Assembly (NCBI GenBank): GCA_030390025.1
Contig: JASTWF010000036.1
Location: 62,001 to 126,000 of the forward strand
Source: Squalus acanthias
Lineage: Eukaryota
Direction: 5' to 3'
DNA: 64,000 bases
In this document: piece by piece, positions 59,902 to 64,000 of the stretch
Position numbering within the stretch: the first letter of the stretch is position 1
Layout: every line of letters begins with the position of its first letter
The notes under the pieces: generated by a model
What the model saw: the letters and a program-made list of their open reading frames with translations, nothing else
The model's database searches: none
What the model was told of the DNA's origin: nothing
Translations under genes and position numbers: made by a program

Positions 59902-62152
59902 GCTGAGGGTCGTGGGTTCGAGCTCCCACTCCAGAGACTCCAGCCCCATAATCCAGGCTGACGCTCCCCAGTGCCAGTACTGAGGGAGCGCCGCACTGTC
60001 GGAGGGGCAGTACTGAGGGAGCGCCGCACTGTCGGAGGGACAGTACTGAGGGAGCGCCGCACTGTCGGAGGGGCAGTACTGAGGGAGCGTCGCACTGTCG
60101 GAAGGGCAGTACTGAGGGAGCGCTGCACTGTCGGAGGGGCAGTACTGAGGGAGCGTCGCACTGTCGGAGGGGCAGTACTGAGGGAGCGCCGCACTGTCGG
60201 AGGGTCAGTACTGAGGGAGCGCTGCACTGTCGGAGGGACAGTACTGAGGGAGCGCCGCACTGTCGGAGGGGCAGTACAGAGGGAGCGCCGCACTGTCGGA
60301 AGGGCAGTACTGAGGGAGCGCTGCACTGTCGGAGGGGCGGTACTGAGGGAGCGCTGCACTGTCGGAGGGGCGGTACTGAGGGAGCGCTGCACTGTCGGAG
60401 GGGCAGTACTGAGGGAGCGCCGCACTGTCGGAAGGGCAGTACTGAGGGAGCGCCGCACTGTCGGAAGGGCAGTACTGAGGGAGTGCCGCACTGTCGGAGG
60501 GGCGGTACTGAGGGAGCGCTGCACTGTCGGAGGGGCGGTACTGAGGGAGCGCCGCACTGTCGGAGGGGCAGTACTGAGGGAGCGCCGCACTGTCGGAAGG
60601 GCAGTACTGAGGGAGCGCTGCACTGTCGGAGGGGCAGTACTGAGGGAGCGCTGCACTGTCGGAGGGGCAGTACTGAGGGAGCGCTGCACTGTCGGAGGGG
60701 CAGTACTGAGGGAGCGCCGCACTGTCGGAAGGGCAGTACTGAGGGAGCGCCGCACTGTCGAAGGGGCAGTACTGAGGGAGCGCCGCACTGTCGGAGGGGC
60801 AGTACTGAGGGAGCGCCGCACTGTCGGAGGGGCAGTACTGAGGGAGCGCCGCACTGTCGGAGGGGCAGTACTGAGGGAGCGCCGCACTGTCGGAAGGGCA
60901 GTACTGAGGGAGCGCCGCACTGTCAGAGGGGCGGTACTGAGGGAGCGCTGCACTGTCGGAGGGGCGGTACTGAGGGAGCGCCGCACTGTCGGAGGGGCGG
61001 TGCTGAGGGAGCGCCGCACTGTCGGAGGGGCGGTACTGAGGGAGCGCCGCACTGTCGGAGGGTCAGTACTGAGGGAGCGCCGCACTGTCGGAGGGGCAGT
61101 ACTGAGGGAGCACCGCACTGTTGGTGGGGCAGTACTGAGGGAGCGCCGCACTGTCGGAGGGGCAGTACTGAGGGAGCGCCGCACTGTCGGAGGGTCAGTA
61201 CTGAGGGAGCGCCGCACTGTCGGAGGGGCGGTACTGAGGGAGCGCCGCACTATCGGAGGGGCGGTACTGAGGGAGCGCTGCACTGTCGGAAGGGCATTAC
61301 TGAGGGAGCGCCGCACTGTCGGAGGGGCGGTACTGAGGGTGCGCCGCACTGTCGGAGGGGCGGTACTGAGGGAGCGCCGCACTGTCGGAGGGGCGGTACT
61401 GAGGGAGCGCCGCACTGTCGGAGGGGCGGTACTGAGGGAGCGCCGCACTGTCGGAGGGGCGGTACTGAGGGAGCGCCGCACTGTCGGAGGGGCGGTACTG
61501 AGGGAGCGCCGCACTGTCGGAGGGGCGGTGCTGAGGGAGCGCCGCACTGTCGGAGGGGCGGTGCTGAGGGAGCGCCGCACTGTCGGAGGGGCGGTACTGA
61601 GGGAGCGCCGCACTGTCGGAGGGGCGGTACTGAGGGAGCGCCGCACTGTCGGAGGGTCAGTACTGAGGGAGCGCCGCACTGTCGGTGGGGCAGTACTGAG
61701 GGAGCACCGCACTGTCGGTGGGGCAGTACTGAGGGAGCGCCGCACTGTCGGAGGGGCGGTACTGAGGGAGCGCCGCACTGTCGGAGGATCAGTACTGAGG
61801 GAGCGTTGCACTGTCGGAGGGGCGGTACTGAGGAAGCGCCGCACTGTCAGAGGGGCAGGCCCCGTCTGTCCTCTCAGGTGGACGTAAAAGATCCCACCGG
61901 CCACTATTTCGAAGAAGAGCAGGGGAGGGGGGAGTTCTTCCCGGTGTCCTGGGGCCAATATTTATCCCTCAACCAACATCAATAAAAAAAACAGATGATC
62001 TGGTCAATTATCACATCGCTGTTTGTGGGAGCTTGCTGTGCGCAAATTGGCTGCCGCGTTTCCCACAATACAACAGCGACCGCACTTGAAAAACAAAGTA
62101 CTTCATTGCCCGTCACGCGCTTTGGGATGTCCTGAGGTGGTGCGAAAGGCGT
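59902..62152 (+). mobile_element. Deu SINE with about 57 units of the 33-bp array (59975-61857)
   Basis: B box gggttcgagctcc, array, core and tail. Confidence 0.88.
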
Positions 62153-62326
62153 TCATCTGTCAGTGGGAGCTGTGTTCGATCGAAGGGGAGTTGCTTAATC
62201 CGAGCCTCCTGGTGCCCTGCCCCCCCCTTTCCAAGAGTATACCTGCGGCAGCTGAGTCGCAGAATCCTGTCTAACCTGAAATTCCACATCCCTCCCTCGG
62301 TGGACGACAAACATTGCAATCTGTCG

Positions 62327-62858
62327 TAACAACAGAAAACGCTGGAACAACTCAGCAGGCCAGGCAGCATCCGTGGAGAGAGAAACAGAGTTAACGTTTC
62401 AGGTCGAAGACCCTTTCGTCCAGAACTGAGAAAAAAGCAGGAAAAAGAAATAGATTTAAAGCAAGGATAAAGCTGGGAAAAGGGGGAGGGGATGAGAGAA
62501 CAAAAGGGAAGGTCAGTGGTGGGATCGAAAGCAGGAGAGATTAAGGGCTGGATTTTGATACTGGGGCGGGTTGGGGGTCGTGTTATCCACTTTTCGTGTT
62601 ATCCACCCGACTGCAATTGGATGTGGGAGATTGATGCAATTTTCACCTCATTGGGCAATTGAGTTCCAGCATGTGGGAACCCATGAACCAATTAGTGTTT
62701 TCAGTCTGAAAGTCGCCTCTGATGATGTCATCATTGCTGCTGCATTGAAGGTCTTCAGAGACTGCCTGGCCTTTGCTGTGAGAGGACCTGGATGCAAAAT
62801 GAGAGGGCTGCTCCCAGATATTTTTACACCACCACTGTGTGAGAGACAGAGAGAAGAG

Positions 62859-62894
<36 letters not shown>

Positions 62895-63716
62895 AATAGC
62901 CAGCCAAATGTGCTCCCGCCAGGTTTCACAATCGTGGTTCAGAACAGGCGTGCTTCACGTAGATCAAGGGTTAAAATCACAAAGGCCTTTCAAAATGGCA
63001 TTAAAGAGCCAATTTAGTGCTTGTTAAGGGCCTTAACAGCCTATCCCGCCTCTTAGAGGCGGGACGCAGTCGGGAGCAGCAGACACGATTTCATGAAAAT
63101 TGCTTGGAGGCGGACTTGTGCCCGCCCACCAGTTTTCGCAATTTTAACCCCCCCCCACACGCCTCCAAACCCACCTCCACGGGTCAATGAAAATCCAGCC
63201 CTAAGAGACATTGAGAGACATTACGAGATAATCAAGGCGAGAGGAGGTGTTAGTGTGACAGGTTGAGGCTAGATGATGAAGTGTGAAATGCGCTGGCAGA
63301 ATGAAGGACAGCTGCCAGCTTCAGGGAGGGAAGAAAAAAAGGCCAAGAAAAAGGGTGGATGAAAAAATAAAATTAAAAATATATAAATGTGATGGGGGGG
63401 CCGAGGTTACGATCTGAAATTGTTGAACTTGATGTTGAGTCCAGAGGGCTGTAGGGTGCCTAAACGAAAGATGAGGTGCTGTTCTTCGAGCTTCATTGGA
63501 ACAGTGTAATAGGCCGAGGACGGTGAGGTCAGAGTGGGAATGGAGCGGAGAATTAAAAGTGACAGGCCACCGGGAGCTCGGGGTCCCCCTTGCGGACTGA
63601 ACGGAGGTGTTCCGCAAAGCGGTCACCCAATTTGCGTTTGGTCTCCCCAATGTAGAGGAGACCGCATCGTGAGAGCAGCGAATACAGTGTACTAGATTGC
63701 AGGAAGTACAAGTAAA
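62327..63716 (-). mobile_element. Second, degenerate Penelope-like 3' fragment (GIY-YIG remnant and 3' region), interrupted by a MITE
   Basis: Colinear with 34570-35256; FTCTSCNLVHCIRCS with frameshifts. Confidence 0.88.
62545..63201. mobile_element. 657-bp non-autonomous DNA transposon (PIF/Harbinger-like MITE)
   Basis: TIR gggctggatttt / aaaatccagccc, TAA duplicated at 62542-62544 and 63202-63204; removing it restores colinearity with the other Penelope copy. Confidence 0.82.
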
Positions 63717-64000
63717 CATTGGAATCTATTGGGCTGGCTCCCTTTGCTTGAAATGCCAGTGGGAGTTTGAGGATTCTGTTCGCTTTGTGGAGTTCTACCA
63801 GACGGTGGGAACAATGGCCCAGAAATTCGGCTCCCTGGCTTCCCGCGGGTGCAAGTATCGCGCGCGCACCTACCTACCGCGCCTGCCGTTGACCTCTGGG
63901 CCCACGGGGACTTCAGCTCCTGGGCCTCCTGCAGCTGCCGGCGCGCAGTGCTTGTGTATCCCAGGGGCGTAGTTAGTGCGATGCGTCCGCTGGGATCACA

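Noticed and set aside
63814..64000. CpG-rich stretch starting ggcccagaaattc, perhaps another MITE end
   Set aside because: The other terminus is outside the window, so it cannot be supported.

Overview
Eukaryotic, vertebrate genomic DNA, most likely from a cartilaginous fish (shark), judged by its CR1, L2, Deu-domain SINE and Penelope repeat content. The window lies inside one + strand gene, a class IIa histone deacetylase most similar to HDAC7. Seven small GT-AG coding exons join in frame: 1675-1746, 33606-33832, 40581-40671, 48520-48637, 51330-51448, 54491-54613 and 56516-56622. They encode the N-terminal adaptor region: the PMDLR CtBP motif, a Gln-rich segment, the MEF2-binding motif, the RKTASEP 14-3-3 site and the NLS. 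The start exon and the deacetylase domain were not found here. The introns are almost entirely transposon fragments and tandem arrays. Several minisatellite families grow out of fixed internal positions of retroelements: a 33-bp unit in a tRNA/Deu SINE, a 37-38-bp unit in an L2 3' end, and 43-45-bp and 100-bp units in CR1. Two Penelope-like (RT + GIY-YIG) copies carry a minimal hammerhead ribozyme motif, and one is split by a TAA-flanked Harbinger-type MITE. Most long ORFs in the ORF track are artefacts of stop-free repeats. All calls are by eye and none was checked by database search.
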